From Eledone cirrhosa (Eukaryota), in NCBI GenBank assembly GCA_964016885.1, contig OZ024754.1, forward strand, positions 5,022,001 through 5,086,000: a stretch of 64,000 nucleotides of DNA. Direction: 5' to 3'. The notes beneath the pieces are model-generated. The model worked only from the letters and a program-made list of their open reading frames with translations. It was not told the origin of the DNA and ran no database searches. Made by a program: the position numbers and the translations under genes. Positions 1 to 13,833 of the stretch are shown here, one piece after another (position 1 is the first letter of the stretch; every line of letters begins with the position of its first letter).

Positions 1-42
<42 letters not shown>

Positions 43-257
43 AGTGTGTATATATAGTGTATAGCCTCTGACCTTCTTAAAAAGATGTGTCCCTCTCTAA
101 ATTGTCTGTTAGTTGGTTAACACACACACATATATATATATATACAAACACACACACATATATATATATATATACAAACACACACATATATATATATACA
201 CATACACACACATATTCATGCAAACATATCATCATTTAACAGTTTATTTCCCCTCTG

Positions 258-299
<42 letters not shown>

Positions 300-623
300 T
301 CACATACATTCTCCCATATACAGATACATTTATTACTCTCACACACATGTATAAAGCAACTTCATTTGAGGAGGAGGGGGGGGGTCAATCCCTACCCCTA
401 CCACCCCCACCAGGAGCCCCACTGGTCCCTCTAAAACTGTAGTTTGACAGTTTAATTGTTATTTCATCATTTACCAACAAGGTTCATTCTTTAGTGTGGA
501 ATTATGGTGGGGCAGGGGTCTCCTTGTTGATCCAAATATCCAACCGGCTGTCTGTCTGTGTGTTTGTATGTGTTTATATGTGTTTGTGTGCGTTTGTATT
601 TGTATAATTGTGTATGTCTGTAT

Positions 624-654
<31 letters not shown>

Positions 655-789
655 TTTGTTGGTGTGTGTGTGTATGTCTTTATTTATTTATTTATTTATT
701 TATTTGTGTGTGTCTGTATGTGTGTGTGTGTGAATGTGTGTTTGTCTCTACACAGTTTCATTCCATCTACAACTTCTCTTTTTTGTTTT

Positions 790-1105
790 GGGATGGTGGT
801 GGTGGTGGTGGTGTTGTTGGTGGTTGTAGTGTTGTTGGTGTTGGTGATTGTTGTGTTGTTGTTGGTGGTGGTGGCAGTGATTGTGGTGTTGGTGGTGGTT
901 GTGTTGGTGGAGATGATTGTGGTGTTGATGGTGTTGGTGGTTGTGGTGTTGATGGTGGTGGTTGTGTTGGTGATGGTGATGATGGTTGTGTTGGTGGTGG
1001 TGATTGTGGTTGTGTTGGTGGTGGTGATTGTGGTTGTGTTGGTGGTGGTGATTGTGGTTGTGTTGGTGGTGGTGGTGGTTATTTTGATGGTGGTGTTGAT
1101 GTTGC
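790..1105. repeat. (GGT/GTT/GAT)n compound trinucleotide microsatellite
   Basis: Directly visible; source of the poly-Val/Gly/Thr ORFs. Confidence 0.9.
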
Positions 1106-1498
1106 AGTCACTGTTCCCTACTAATACAGTTTTATATACACACACACACACACACACACACATACACTCATATATATTCACAACATTCACACATATATAC
1201 ACCAGTCACATATATACCTATATATATACACCATATATACCTATATATATATATATATATATATATACACCATATATACCTATATATATATATACACCAT
1301 ATATACATACATATATACACCATGTTCACACATATACCACTTAGATTATGTAAAAGGTCAGCATCCTTAATATATTTCACATTGGGTTTTTTTTTTCACA
1401 CTGTCATGGATTGGACTTTTGTGAGAGAGAGAAGGAAGGGGGGGGGGGAGAAGAGAGAGAGAGAGAGAGTGAAGGAATGAGAAGGGAATACAAAGTGA

Positions 1499-1535
<37 letters not shown>

Positions 1536-2100
1536 TGTGTGTGAAGTGATGAGAGGGAAATACAAAGTGAAGGAGAGAGAGTGAAGGAATGAGAGGGAAA
1601 TACAAAGTGAAGGGATGAGAGGGAAATAGGTAGACATAGAAAGTGAAGGAATGAGAGGGAGAGAGAACGAGAGAGTGAGGGAAAAATATAAAGAGAGAAA
1701 CTGTGCAGGACGAAGAGACAAATAGATAGATAGAGAGAGAGGGACAGTGAAGGAAGAAGAGGGAGAACTAGAGAGATAGAAAGAGAAGTAACACATTGCA
1801 GCCATCTTTGTTTTACCATGTCTAACTAGTTTCCCTATGAAAGACATTGACTGCTTTTCAAATTATTTTGAAAATAATCAAGAATTTTAAGAAAAATAAT
1901 ATGACTTAACTTTCTCATTATCTATCTGGTGCTTGGATCATAACTTAACAAAGGTTTTAAATAAAATTACAATTGCAAGGTTTAATTTTTGTTACTTGTT
2001 ATTCTTCTGTTTGCTCCCTTTTATGTAAACCCCCCCCCCCCCCCGCCCCTGCCCTTATTAAATTGTCTTGTCCTTAATTTATTGGTCAATAAACAAATCA

Positions 2101-2290
2101 GGGGATTGGCAGTATCGGTAGAAGGTCGGACGGCATAGAGTTACGGCCCTTTATAGTCTGAGTTCAAATTCCACTGAGGTTAACTTTGCCTTTCATCTTT
2201 ACAGATGTCGTTAAAATAAAGTACCAGTAATGCACTGGGGTAATTGGTGGCCTTGTGCCAAAAGTAGAAACAATTATTATTATTATTAAT
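2101..2290 (+). mobile_element. tRNA-derived SINE, family A
   Basis: A-box-like TGGCAGTATCGG, B-box GAGTTCAAATTC, central GCCTTTCATC...AAAATAAAGTACCAG block, (ATT)n tail; more than 10 homologous copies in the window. Confidence 0.85.
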
Positions 2291-2505
2291 ATTGGCAGTA
2301 TCAGTAGAGGGTCGGACGCCATGGTTTGGCGCAGAGAGTTACGGCCCTTGCCATTCTGAGTTCAAATCCCGCCGAGGTTGACTTTGCTTTTCATCCTTAC
2401 GGAATCGATAAAATAAAGTACCAGTAATGCACTGGGGTCGATTTAATCGACTACCCCCTCCCCCCAAATTGCTGGCCTTGTGCCTATATAAGAAACCATT
2501 ATTAT
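2291..2505 (+). mobile_element. SINE family A, tandem second copy
   Basis: Same head, B-box GAGTTCAAATCC, core and tail immediately after the first copy. Confidence 0.85.
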
Positions 2506-3159
2506 GGATATTGGTGAAATTATCTCTGGACACTGAAAAGAAAGTTTTTTTTTTTTTCTCTCTCTGGACTCCCCCCCCCCCCCCCCCCACACACACACCT
2601 ACTCCTCCGCACCCTCCTCCTACCCCCTACTCCTCCGCATCCTCCTACCCCCCTACTCCTCCGCACCCCCTATCCCCCCCTCCTACCCCCCCCCCCCCTC
2701 CGAACCCGCCCCCTCCCCCTCCCCCTCCGCACCCTCCTCATCCCAATAAAAACCTTATTTCCTCAATGACTAGAACTTGATTAATAATGTTTCTTGGACA
2801 TATTTTTTTCCTTCATCTTCTTCTTCCTGAAAGAGGAAAAGTGGGGAGTGTTTCTGTCCACATAACACTTCTCCCCCCTCTCTCTCACCCTCTCTTTCAC
2901 CCTCTCTTTCACTCTCTTTCTCACTCTCTTTCTCCCCCCCTCTCTCTCCCTCCCCCTCTCCCTCTCACACTCTCCCTTTCTCTCCCTCTCACACTCTCCC
3001 CCCCCCTCTCCCATACAAATATTGCCCCCTGAGTGTTGAGGTGATGGAGGGTGGGGCTGATTCAGAACTTTGGTGTGAAGATTCTTCTTCTTTTCAAGAT
3101 GAACAAAAAAAAAAAAAAGAAAAAGATATGAAAACAAAGCTTAATGGTGTTTCATCTAC

Positions 3160-3191
<32 letters not shown>

Positions 3192-3407
3192 AACACCATT
3201 GTTTCCTTCCCCACCACATCTCTCTCCTCTCTCTATTTGTCTATCACACTCTCTCTCCCTCCCTCTCTATTTGTCTATCTCTCTGTCATCCTTTGCTCTA
3301 TTATTTCATCACCACCTCTCTCTCTCTCTTCGTGCCCCCCCCCCCCACCCCGTTCCCTTATGTCTAACATCAAATGAATCTTACACACATATATATATAT
3401 ATATACA

Positions 3408-3441
<34 letters not shown>

Positions 3442-3714
3442 CATATATGTGTGTGTATATATATATGTATATGTGTGTGTGTGTGCCTCTTGCTCTCCCT
3501 CTCTCCCCCCTCCCCCCACCACAGTCACACATTGAGTATATCTCTTAAGTGGCTTACAAGCTAATAATCTTAGAAAAATAGGAAGCAATTTGCTGTGTAT
3601 TTGGAAACCATAGATCCTGTAATATACTTAGTTCCAGTGTATGGACAATGGCCAGGAAACATGGGTCTACAGCCAGACTCTCTCTCTCTCTCTCGCTTTC
3701 TTTTATTTTTTATC

Positions 3715-3747
<33 letters not shown>

Positions 3748-4150
3748 CATCTTACTCTCTTATTTCTTCTCTCTTTTTCTCTTTTATTTTTCATCTCTCT
3801 CTCTCTCACTCTCTCTCTCTCTCCCTCTCTCTCTATATATATACTTTCCTTTTTTAAGGTCTCCACCATCATCATCATCATCATTATAATAACCATCTAT
3901 ATATTTAATTTTGTGGAAGTATGTGGCCTATATATACATACACAATCTCCCTATCTTATTCTTTGTCAACCATTTGTCTTTATTTTATTACCTCTATCTA
4001 TCACTCTCTCCTTTATATATCTTTCTCTCATATTTACTGTCTTTGTCTTGCTTCCTTCTTTTCTTATGACTCCCCCCCCCCCCCCTCCCTCCTACCCTTT
4101 CTCTCACTCATACACATATTTTTCTCTCTCTGCTTAAAATATATATATAT

Positions 4151-4241
<91 letters not shown>

Positions 4242-4345
4242 CACATTCTTTTCTCTTTCTCTGGTCATCATCATCATCATTATCGTTTAACGTCCATTAA
4301 ACGATGATGATGATGATGACCAGAGAAAGAGAAAAAATGTGTATC

Positions 4346-4378
<33 letters not shown>

Positions 4379-4382
4379 TTGT

Positions 4383-4414
<32 letters not shown>

Positions 4415-4465
4415 AACACACACTATTTCCAGGCAACATTCATCCCCTTGCACCCAGCCACCCAC

Positions 4466-4722
4466 CCACACCACACCACACCACACCACACCACACCACA
4501 CCACACCACACCTCACCACACCACACCACACCACACCACACCACACCACACCACACCACACCACACCACACCACACCACACCACACCACACCACACACAC
4601 ACACACACACACCACACCACACCACACCACACCACACCTCACCACACCACACCACACCACACCACACCACACCACACCACACCACACCACACCACACCAC
4701 ACCACACCACACCACACCACAC
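4466..4722. repeat. (CACAC)n pentanucleotide satellite
   Basis: About 50 CACAC units interrupted by (CA)n; explains the HHTTP ORFs. Confidence 0.95.
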
Positions 4723-4964
4723 CTCAATATCTATGATTACACTGTGTTTGCTTTAGCTACATTAGCTGTGTTAATAGCTACAAATCTCTCCTTAATATTA
4801 CATAGCACAACAAACAGCTAAGAAGAGAGAGAGGGGGAGGGGTGAGGGGCGAGCGAGAGGGCGGGAGAGGGAGGGGGTGAGGGTGGAGAGTTGGCTGAGA
4901 GCTTAAGAAACCCTGGTTTTAGGGAAGGACATTAGATAAACCTTAATAGGAGAGTGGACACATG

Positions 4965-5047
4965 GTGTGTATGTATATATATATATGTGTGTATATATAT
5001 GTATATGTGTGTGTATATATATATATATGTGTGTATATATATATATA

Positions 5048-5146
<99 letters not shown>

Positions 5147-5219
5147 GTATATGTGTGTATATATATATATATATGTATATGTGTGTATATATATATGTAT
5201 ATGTGTATATATATATGTA

Positions 5220-5302
<83 letters not shown>

Positions 5303-5453
5303 GTATATGTGTGTATATATATATATATGTATATGTGTGTATATATATATGTATATGTGTGTATATATATATATATGTATATGTGTGTATATATATATGT
5401 ATGTATATGTGTGTATATATATATGTATGTATATGTGTGTATATATATATATA

Positions 5454-5490
<37 letters not shown>
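4965..5490. repeat. (TA)n/(TG)n compound microsatellite
   Basis: Directly visible. Confidence 0.95.
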
Positions 5491-5502
<12 letters not shown>

Positions 5503-5599
5503 CGTTTTAACCATTAGTTACCCACCAAATAATTACCTCATTTCATGTTGGTTGTTGTCATAGTTACCAACATAATGATGGTGTTGTTGTTGTTGTTGT

Positions 5600-5806
5600 T
5601 GTTTAGCCGCAGGTCAGCTCTGAATGAGCAGACCTATGATCAAAGGCATTCCAGCCATTGTCAACTGTACCTTATTTTTTTTTTTCAGATATAATGTATC
5701 CTACACGCCATTATTAAATGCTCCTCCAAGGGGGGGGGGGGGGGGTATTATTTGAGGGAGATTTAGCTGCTATTTCTAGCATGTCCAGTGATTATATAGA
5801 GGCTCT
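5600..5806. mobile_element. Dispersed repeat (family C), unclassified
   Basis: Segment GGAGATTTRGCTGCTATTTCTAGC...AGAGGCTC recurs at about 6272-6330, 52495-52545, 57120-57170 and 61868-61915. Confidence 0.65.
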
Positions 5807-6622
5807 CTTTTATTGTCTTGTTACTGGTCGGGAATTTTTCTTGTAAATGTAAAGGTAAAGGATTAAATTAATGAAGAAGTTAGTTATATTAATTAAATTT
5901 TTATTATTTGGTTGTCAAGTATGAAATTTGTAGAACTTTAAAAAAAAACAAAACAAATATCTTAGAAAAGATGAAGTATTCCTGGTCTATTTTCACTCAT
6001 CTTCCACATACCGACATTACTATTTCAAACCTCCAAATTTAGATTATTATAATAATAGCCTATTAAAATAACTTATTATAATCAGTGATTCTAACAACTT
6101 TAGATATTGTAGTCTCTCAATGATTAAAGTCTTTGTTGAAAGCTTGGTTCTTATAAGCTGTAATAATATATAATAGATGGTATCTTAACAGGTTTATTAA
6201 ACAGGCTAACCATTGTAGCTAGGAACAGTTTGGTTTTGTGGATATTTTTATATTTGAGAGAGTTTGGTGTAATTTGAGGGAGATTTGGCTGTTACTTCTA
6301 GCAACTCAAGCAGCCATGTAGAGGCTCCCTCAATGGGTTCGATGTTCAATATGTATTTTATGCTGGTCTTTGATAAAAATAATAATAATAATAAAAATTT
6401 AAAAAAATTGGTCTGTTTACATTTAATCCTTAACGTCCTGTACCGTATGAAACCACATTAAAATGGCATTCTTGCAGTGGACAAAACACACAGGACTAGG
6501 ACTGCATCACATTGCACTTTATTTACATATTACTGCAAATTTTCACCACAATCTGTCCTTTAGTAAACATAGTATAAACATTTGAATTAACAAATCTGTT
6601 TTTAGATATTTTCTGTATAAAA

Positions 6623-6672
<50 letters not shown>

Positions 6673-6705
6673 TACATGAATCAAAGTTCAGTTTAAATCA
6701 TTTAT

Positions 6706-6754
6706 TTGCTTACAATTGTTTCCTCCAAACCGAGGTTTGGATTCTTTGGAGCAA
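6706..6754 (-). ncRNA. Degenerate minimal type-I hammerhead ribozyme motif (Penelope-like relic)
   Basis: Minus strand reads TTGCT-CCAAAGA-A-TCCAAAC-CTCG-GTTTGGA-G-GAAA-CAATTG-TA-AGCAA, then AATAAA. Stems I and II and a palindromic stem III are intact; the core has two changes from CUGANGA. Confidence 0.6.
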
Positions 6755-6920
6755 CTATTTAGTGATTTTTACATACTTGACCTCCTTTTCAACACAAAGA
6801 GACATATAAAAACATATGTATATATATTGACCCACAGTGGGTTACACTATTTAGGGTTTAAAAAATATATATAACTAGATAAGGTTTTATTATATACATA
6901 ACCATAAATAGTATCCTTAA

Positions 6921-6962
<42 letters not shown>

Positions 6963-6964
<2 letters not shown>

Positions 6965-7089
6965 GTTATGTAATAAACAACATAAGACAATTATTCCATT
7001 TACCAAAGGTTTCACGAAGACAGACGAGCTCAACACATTTACCATTTGGTAAATGGAATAATTGTCTTATGTTGTTTATTACATAACTA
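6963..7089. repeat. Perfect inverted repeat, 45-bp arms, 37-bp spacer
   Basis: 6963-7007 is the exact reverse complement of 7045-7089; lies between (TA)n tracts. Confidence 0.95.
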
Positions 7090-7484
7090 AATAGCTCTGT
7101 AGCCTACATAGAGCACTCTCCTTTCCTTTACCCTTCCTACAGAAACACTTTATATATATATATATATATATTAAAATAACAGATTAAAGTTTAAGCAAAG
7201 AATTGCTGCTTTCACCCTTAACAGGATTTTAGTCTTCACATTTATTATTATTACTATATATATATATTTAACAAAGAAGGTGTGGTAAGATACCAGGTGG
7301 ACCATAATGCACTAGAGTACTCAAGTTCGGATCTAGCTGTCGAAAAAGCCGGAGCTCAGCTGTTGGGGTCCTGAATCTTTTCCTATATAATAATTATATA
7401 TGTATCTAATAGCTATAGGAATTTTGACAGACCACATTATTCAGATAAAGTATCAGGGTTTCTTTATTTGAATAATGTATTTAA

Positions 7485-7709
7485 TTAACCCTTTAGCATT
7501 TAAACCAGCCATATCTGGCTAGAATTCTCTTATCTCTTCCTGTTCAAACCGGCTGTAACCAGCTGCTCATGCTTATGTTAAGGTATTGTTCTCAAAATAA
7601 ATAACATCGGAATATCATAGATTCGATATTATGTGAGATAATTATGTCAGATAAAGACCACAAAAATACAATATATATATATATAGTACTGTAAATGCTA
7701 AAAGGTTAA
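7485..7709 (+). mobile_element. piggyBac-type non-autonomous MITE
   Basis: TTAA|CCCTTTAGCATTTA ... TAAATGCTAAAAGG|TTAA; homologous copies at 9830, 27701 and 39055. Confidence 0.8.
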
Positions 7710-8024
7710 TGGTGTATTGAGCACTTTAGCTAGTTTTTGGGGCCTCTTTTCCCTGAATAAAATAAATGAAGTGTGTTTGTATGTCCCCCCCCCCCCCCAT
7801 ACTCTCCAATTATAAAGTAACTTACTATTTTTACTTGGTTTGTTATATATTATATTATTATTATATATTGAGGTCCTTCATTTAATTAGGTGTATAGTGT
7901 TAGCATATATGTGTATATATATAATGTGTGCTTATCATCATCATCATCGCCATCATGATATGCACACATAATATGTGCATATATATATATATATATGTGT
8001 GTGTGTGTATGTATGTATGCATAA

Positions 8025-8062
<38 letters not shown>

Positions 8063-8167
8063 TTATACATAATTTATATATATATATATACACACACTCT
8101 CGTACACAAATACATATTAATATCTGTGTATATGTAATTGGATACATTTATATTTATACATTTATGG

Positions 8168-8209
<42 letters not shown>

Positions 8210-8367
8210 TATATACATACAGCCACAAATATATATTTACTAGTGATATTAATTGTAAATTTATTGCTCATGCAATATAACAGTGTGGCTGATGAAGCAG
8301 AATATTTAATTTAATGTCTTCATAACAGTTTTTTAATGAGTGTCATACTAGAGATAGGATTTCATGA

Positions 8368-8408
<41 letters not shown>

Positions 8409-8594
8409 GTGTATATATATATATATATATATAGAAGTGTATATATATATATATATATATAGATAGATATAAACACAAACAGGTATACAGAGATATATAG
8501 GCAGAGATATATACATAAAAACATATACATACATGTGTAAAATGATGATGATGATGATGTGCGTATGTGTCTATGTGTATGTATGTATATGTCT

Positions 8595-8683
<89 letters not shown>

Positions 8684-8844
8684 GACATAAACACATATGT
8701 TAATATATACACTCTATCCCTCTCATATTACACACACACACATATATATATATATGCACATGTACACAAACACAATTAAACATACTTATATATATATATA
8801 TATATATAGATAGATAGATACACACACACACTCACACATACATA

Positions 8845-8896
<52 letters not shown>

Positions 8897-9321
8897 TATA
8901 TATATATGCACACGTCTTTATGTTTCTATAAACTGTTTGGTGTTGGTGATAGAGAAAAATTAGTGAATGATTTCACTAGAAATAATTATCGATTTTTAGA
9001 AACAAAACGTTAATTGTTTTAGTTATTGTTGTTGTTGTTGTTGTTGTTTGTTGTGTAACATTGTTCCCCTATTTATATAACTTGTCTGTAATTTAGAGGA
9101 TAGTTCTATGGAACATTCAATTGAAACTGTTTTGACAAAGGAAAATATAAAAATACCCCAAAAAATTAATAATAATTATAGATAAACAAATAGTCAAATA
9201 TATCTCTGTGTGTTTGTGTATATATTCACGCCTATACAAACATATATATCCACAAATATACACACACACACATACACACACACACATACACAAATATACA
9301 TACATACACACACCTATATAT

Positions 9322-9364
<43 letters not shown>

Positions 9365-9429
9365 AGTCAGAAAGAGTAATCTATAAACGGCAAAAGCTCA
9401 GCTGTTGGACAGTAAATCATTACAATATA

Positions 9430-9474
<45 letters not shown>

Positions 9475-9503
9475 TATAAAAGAAAATTTTGTTCTATATT
9501 TCG

Positions 9504-9570
<67 letters not shown>

Positions 9571-9829
9571 CATTTATATATATCTGTATGAATTATTATT
9601 CTGCTGTCCTTGTATTTCTTATGTCAACTCTTTGTGTGATCAATGAAGAAAACATTATTATTAAGTTACCTTTTTCCTTTCATCCTTATAAGTACCAGTT
9701 ATGCACTGGGGTCAATTTAATCAACTTTCCCCTCAACCCCAAAATTGTTGGCCTGGTCCCGAAACCAGAAAGCAACTATTATTATATAGATATGCTCTAG
9801 AGTCAAGCTTAAAGCATTTTCCAAAAGAT

Positions 9830-10261
9830 TTAACCCTTTAGTATTTACATTCCTCTATATTTGATATTATATTTTCACAGTAAGGGCGGTGAATTGGCAG
9901 TATCGGTAGAGGGTTGGACGCCATGCTTTGGCGCATAGAGTTACGGCCCTTGCCATTCTGAGTTCAAATCCCGCCGAGGTTAACTTTGCCTTTCATCCTT
10001 ATGGGGTCGATAAAATAAAGTACCAGTAATGTACTGGATAATTGCTGGCCTTGTGCCAAAAGTAGAAACAATTATATTTTCACAGTATAGCTTTTTGTTA
10101 CATAATTATCTCATGTAATATTGAATCTATGAGATTGTGATATTATTTATTTTGAGAACAATACCTTAACATCAGTATGAGTGGCCGGTTATGGCCAGTT
10201 TGAACAGAAAGATGTGGGAGAATTCTGGCCAGATATGGCCGGTTTAAATGCTAAAGGTTAA
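9830..10261 (-). mobile_element. piggyBac-type MITE interrupted by a family A SINE
   Basis: TTAA-CCCTTTAGTATTTAC ... TAAATGCTAAAGG-TTAA; internal sequence is the reverse complement of the 7485 copy. Confidence 0.8.
9883..10070 (+). mobile_element. Full-length SINE family A with 17-bp target-site duplication
   Basis: ATTATATTTTCACAGTA at 9866-9882 and again at 10071-10087. Confidence 0.9.
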
Positions 10262-10565
10262 AGCTTGACTGTAGGGCATATTTATGTTATAATAAATACC
10301 TCTACTCTACTTTAAGTATGCAGTACTCTGTTGAAGAATGGTCTTCTGTTCATTAGTAACAGATGGAACTCTGCTAGAAACTGTTTATTAAGATTGTGTT
10401 GACCCCTATGAATTTGTTGAAAGGTGGGTGAGAGTGACAAGAAGGGCTCTCTTGAATGGTTCCTGTTCCTAATATGTAGGCCGGAGGTCAACTGTCCTGG
10501 TGGGTGAAATAGAAGGGAGTTCTTGCCCTCTGGGTAGGGTATTACCCTTCTGGCAAACAAAATAT

Positions 10566-11013
10566 ATCACCACCATCAACATTACCATCACCATCACTAC
10601 CACCACCATCAACATTACCATCACCATCATTACCATCACTACCACCACCATCAACATTACCATCATTACCATCACCATCATCATCACTACCACCACCATC
10701 AACATTACCATCATCACCATCACCATCAACACCATCACTATCACCACCATCACCACCATCATCATCATCATCATCGTTATGAAGAATATTTGAATTTTCT
10801 TTTTTTTTCTATTTCATATACAAAGAAACAACCTTTTGCATGTTGTGAATATAATTATTTAGCAGCACCATCATCACCATCACCACCATCATCATCATCA
10901 TCATCATCACCATCATCATCACCATCATCACCACCACCATCATCATCACCATCATCATCATCACCACCATCATCATCACCACCATCATCATCACCATCAC
11001 CATCATCATCATC
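10566..11013. repeat. (CAT/CAC)n microsatellite blocks
   Basis: Two visible blocks, 10566-10775 and 10866-11013. Confidence 0.9.
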
Positions 11014-11103
11014 GTTTAACGTCCATCTTCCACGCTAGCATGGGTTAGACGGTTATCGTTGTTAACATTCTCATTGTTTAGTATATGTATTGTTATTATT
11101 ATT

Positions 11104-11396
11104 AAAATAAAGTACCAGTAATGTACTGGGTAATTGCTGGCCTTGTGCCAAAAGTAGAAACAATTATTATTATTTTTTTTGGTGGGGTCGATAAAATAAA
11201 GTATCAGTAGAGGGTCGGACGGACGCCATGCTTTCTAGCATAGAGTTACGGCCCTTTGATATCTGAGTTCAAATCCCGCCGAGGTTAACTTTGCCTTTCA
11301 TCCTTACGGGGTCGATAAAATAAAGTACCAGTAATGCACTGGGTAATTTGCTGGCCTTGTGCCTAAAGTAGAAACATTTATTATTATTATTATTAT
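11104..11396 (+). mobile_element. SINE family A, partial plus near-complete copy
   Basis: Core and tail at 11104-11172, then head, B-box, core and tail to 11396. Confidence 0.8.
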
Positions 11397-11539
11397 CTAT
11401 ATTAACAGCCGAGAGAGATAACAGTTGTTATGCAATGTAAAGAAGGAAATGAAATACCCTGGTTTGCTTCCTCTGAAAAACTGGACATTTTTCAAACAAC
11501 CCAATCAGTTTAACGAGAAGGCAGTGGAGATCACACAAG

Positions 11540-11854
11540 TATGTATATATATATACATGTATATATATGTATATATATATACATGTATATATATGTATAT
11601 ATATATACATGTATATATATGTATATATATATACATGTATATATATATGTATGTATATGTATACATGTATATATATATATATATATGTATGTATATGTAT
11701 ACATGTATATATATATATATATATGTATGTATATGTATACATGTATATATATATATGTATATGTATACATGTATATATATATATATGTATATGTATACAT
11801 GTATATATATATATATGTATATGTATACATGTATATATATATATATGTATATGT

Positions 11855-11898
<44 letters not shown>

Positions 11899-12235
11899 AT
11901 ATATATATAGACCCGTCCCAACTTTGCAAGCAGGGAAAAGCGGACGTATGATGATGTATGTATATATGTATACATGTATAATATATATGTATATATATAT
12001 GTGCATGTATATATATATGTATGTATATATGTATGCATGTATAATATACAGACACACTCACACACACGTATATATGTGCATGTATATATATCATGTATAT
12101 TTATATTTATGTATATATGTATGCATGTATATATATTTGCATGTATATATATATATATATATAATGTATATATAATTGTATACATATGACGTGTATATAT
12201 ATATATATATATACATATGCATGTATAATTTATAG

Positions 12236-12267
<32 letters not shown>

Positions 12268-12300
12268 GTGTGTGTATCTATATAATTCTGTGTGTGTGTG
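11540..12300. repeat. TA-rich compound microsatellite (ATACATGT motif) containing a family B SINE tail at about 11910-11955
   Basis: Directly visible. Confidence 0.85.
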
Positions 12301-12599
12301 TGTGCGTGTGTGACATCAAAATATTAAAAATCAATAGTCAATTATTAGCGAATGAAAATAATTGATTAGAAGGGAGAGGTGTAGGGGTGTGTGGTGCGGG
12401 GGGGGGGTGCATGATGTGCCGGGGTGGAGGGGCTGACGGACGAGCGGGAGAGAGAGAAAGGGGGTGTGTAAATTCCAAGAGAATTGGAATACAAATCATC
12501 AAAGCTTTCTCTATGGAAGTTAAAGTTTAAAAGCAAAATCGCAACGATAACCACAACACTACCACCACCACCACTACTACCACCACCACCACTACTACC

Positions 12600-12630
<31 letters not shown>

Positions 12631-12840
12631 ATAATAATAATAATAATAATAATGACAATGGAAATAATAATGATATAATAATGCAAAAACATAACAAAAC
12701 AAAGAAAATATGAACACATATAGTCCAGATCTTTCTCCATAAATCCATTTTCAGCTAAGTAATTATCTACAGATTTCATATTACTACCACTACTGCTACT
12801 ATTACTACTACTACCACTACCACTACTACCACTACCACTA

Positions 12841-13110
12841 ATAATGGTTTCTGACTTTTAGGAGAGGACAAAGTCGATTAAATCAACCCAGTACATTACT
12901 GGTACTTTATTTTTTCGACCACGTAAGGATGAAAGGCAAAGCTTAAACTCAGCAGGATTTGAAGTCAAAACGTAAAGGGCCGTAACTCTATGCTGCATGC
13001 ATGTTGCCCGACGCTCTACCGATTCTGCCAATCCACCACCCTAGCTAATAACAATAATTGTTTCTACTTTTGGCACAAGGCCAGCAATTTCCCCAGTGCA
13101 TTACTGGTAC
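12841..13110 (-). mobile_element. SINE family A, minus-strand copy plus fragment
   Basis: CTGGTACTTTATTTT...GGATGAAAGGCAAAG...GGATTTGAAGTC...TGCCAATCC is the reverse complement of the family A consensus. Confidence 0.8.
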
Positions 13111-13144
13111 CGCAATAATGGTTTCTTTATTGGCCACAAGGGTT

Positions 13145-13303
13145 CATCATCATCAGGTCGAGCTTGCTTGGCTTTCTACGACACGTTTCCTCCATCCATC
13201 TCTGTCTCTCATAGCGTTTGCCAGTTCTTCCGCAGTGCATCCAGTATCGTCCTCAAGTTGCTTGACGTATGTCTTCTTGTGGATGACCAGCGACGCTGGT
13301 CGT
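13145..13303 (-). mobile_element. 5'-truncated RTE-clade LINE 3' end with 11-bp TSD
   Basis: Minus-frame peptide KTYVKQLEDDTGCTAEELANAMRDRDGWRKRV matches the RTE ORF C-terminal pattern (TY..QL..DTG....EL..AM.DR..WR). Stop codon is followed by a (TGA)n tail. TSD CCACAAGGGTT at 13134-13144 and 13304-13314. Confidence 0.8.
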
Positions 13304-13631
13304 CCACAAGGGTTAACATGAAGAAAAACATTACAGACTGCACAGAATGGTACAGGACGATACAAAGTGGGTTTTGGCCGTGTAAAAAGGTTTATAACAA
13401 GATAGAAATGTGTAGAAACAAATTAAAATAATAATAGTGATTTCATTTATTGGCCCGAGAGCCGACATGTAGGGGACAATGCAAAGACAGGGACAGTTTA
13501 CAATAAGGTCGAGTAAAACAATGACAAGAATAATTTAACAATGAAGGTATAAAAAATATATAAAATAAACTATGCATAAATATAACAAAATAAATTCCCC
13601 GGGAGTGGGATAACCCAGGGGTGACTCATAA

Positions 13632-13755
13632 TGACAATAATGGTTTCTACTTTGGGCACAAGGCCAGCAATTTTGGGGGAACGGGAAAGTCAATTAAATC
13701 AACCCCAGTACATTACTGGTGCTTTATTTATTGACCCTGTAAGAATGGAAGGCAT
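13632..13755 (-). mobile_element. SINE family A 3' fragment
   Basis: GTTTCTACTTTGGGCACAAGGCCAGCAATT...ATTACTGGT. Confidence 0.75.
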
Positions 13756-13833
13756 TATAATAATAATAATTAAATATCAAATTAGGTACATATGTAATAT
13801 TGATCATCACATATTCCTTAGTTTGGATAGTTC

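Noticed and set aside
4265-4320. Small hairpin (CAT)n-CGTTTAA...TTAAACG-(ATG)n
   Set aside because: Only two abutting inverted SINE-tail scraps in a trinucleotide repeat; too short to interpret.
4820-4900. GC-box/G-rich promoter-like patch (also 12375-12460) and YY1-like motifs at 1800, 22462 and 43880
   Set aside because: Short motifs in low-complexity sequence with no associated gene or transcription start evidence.
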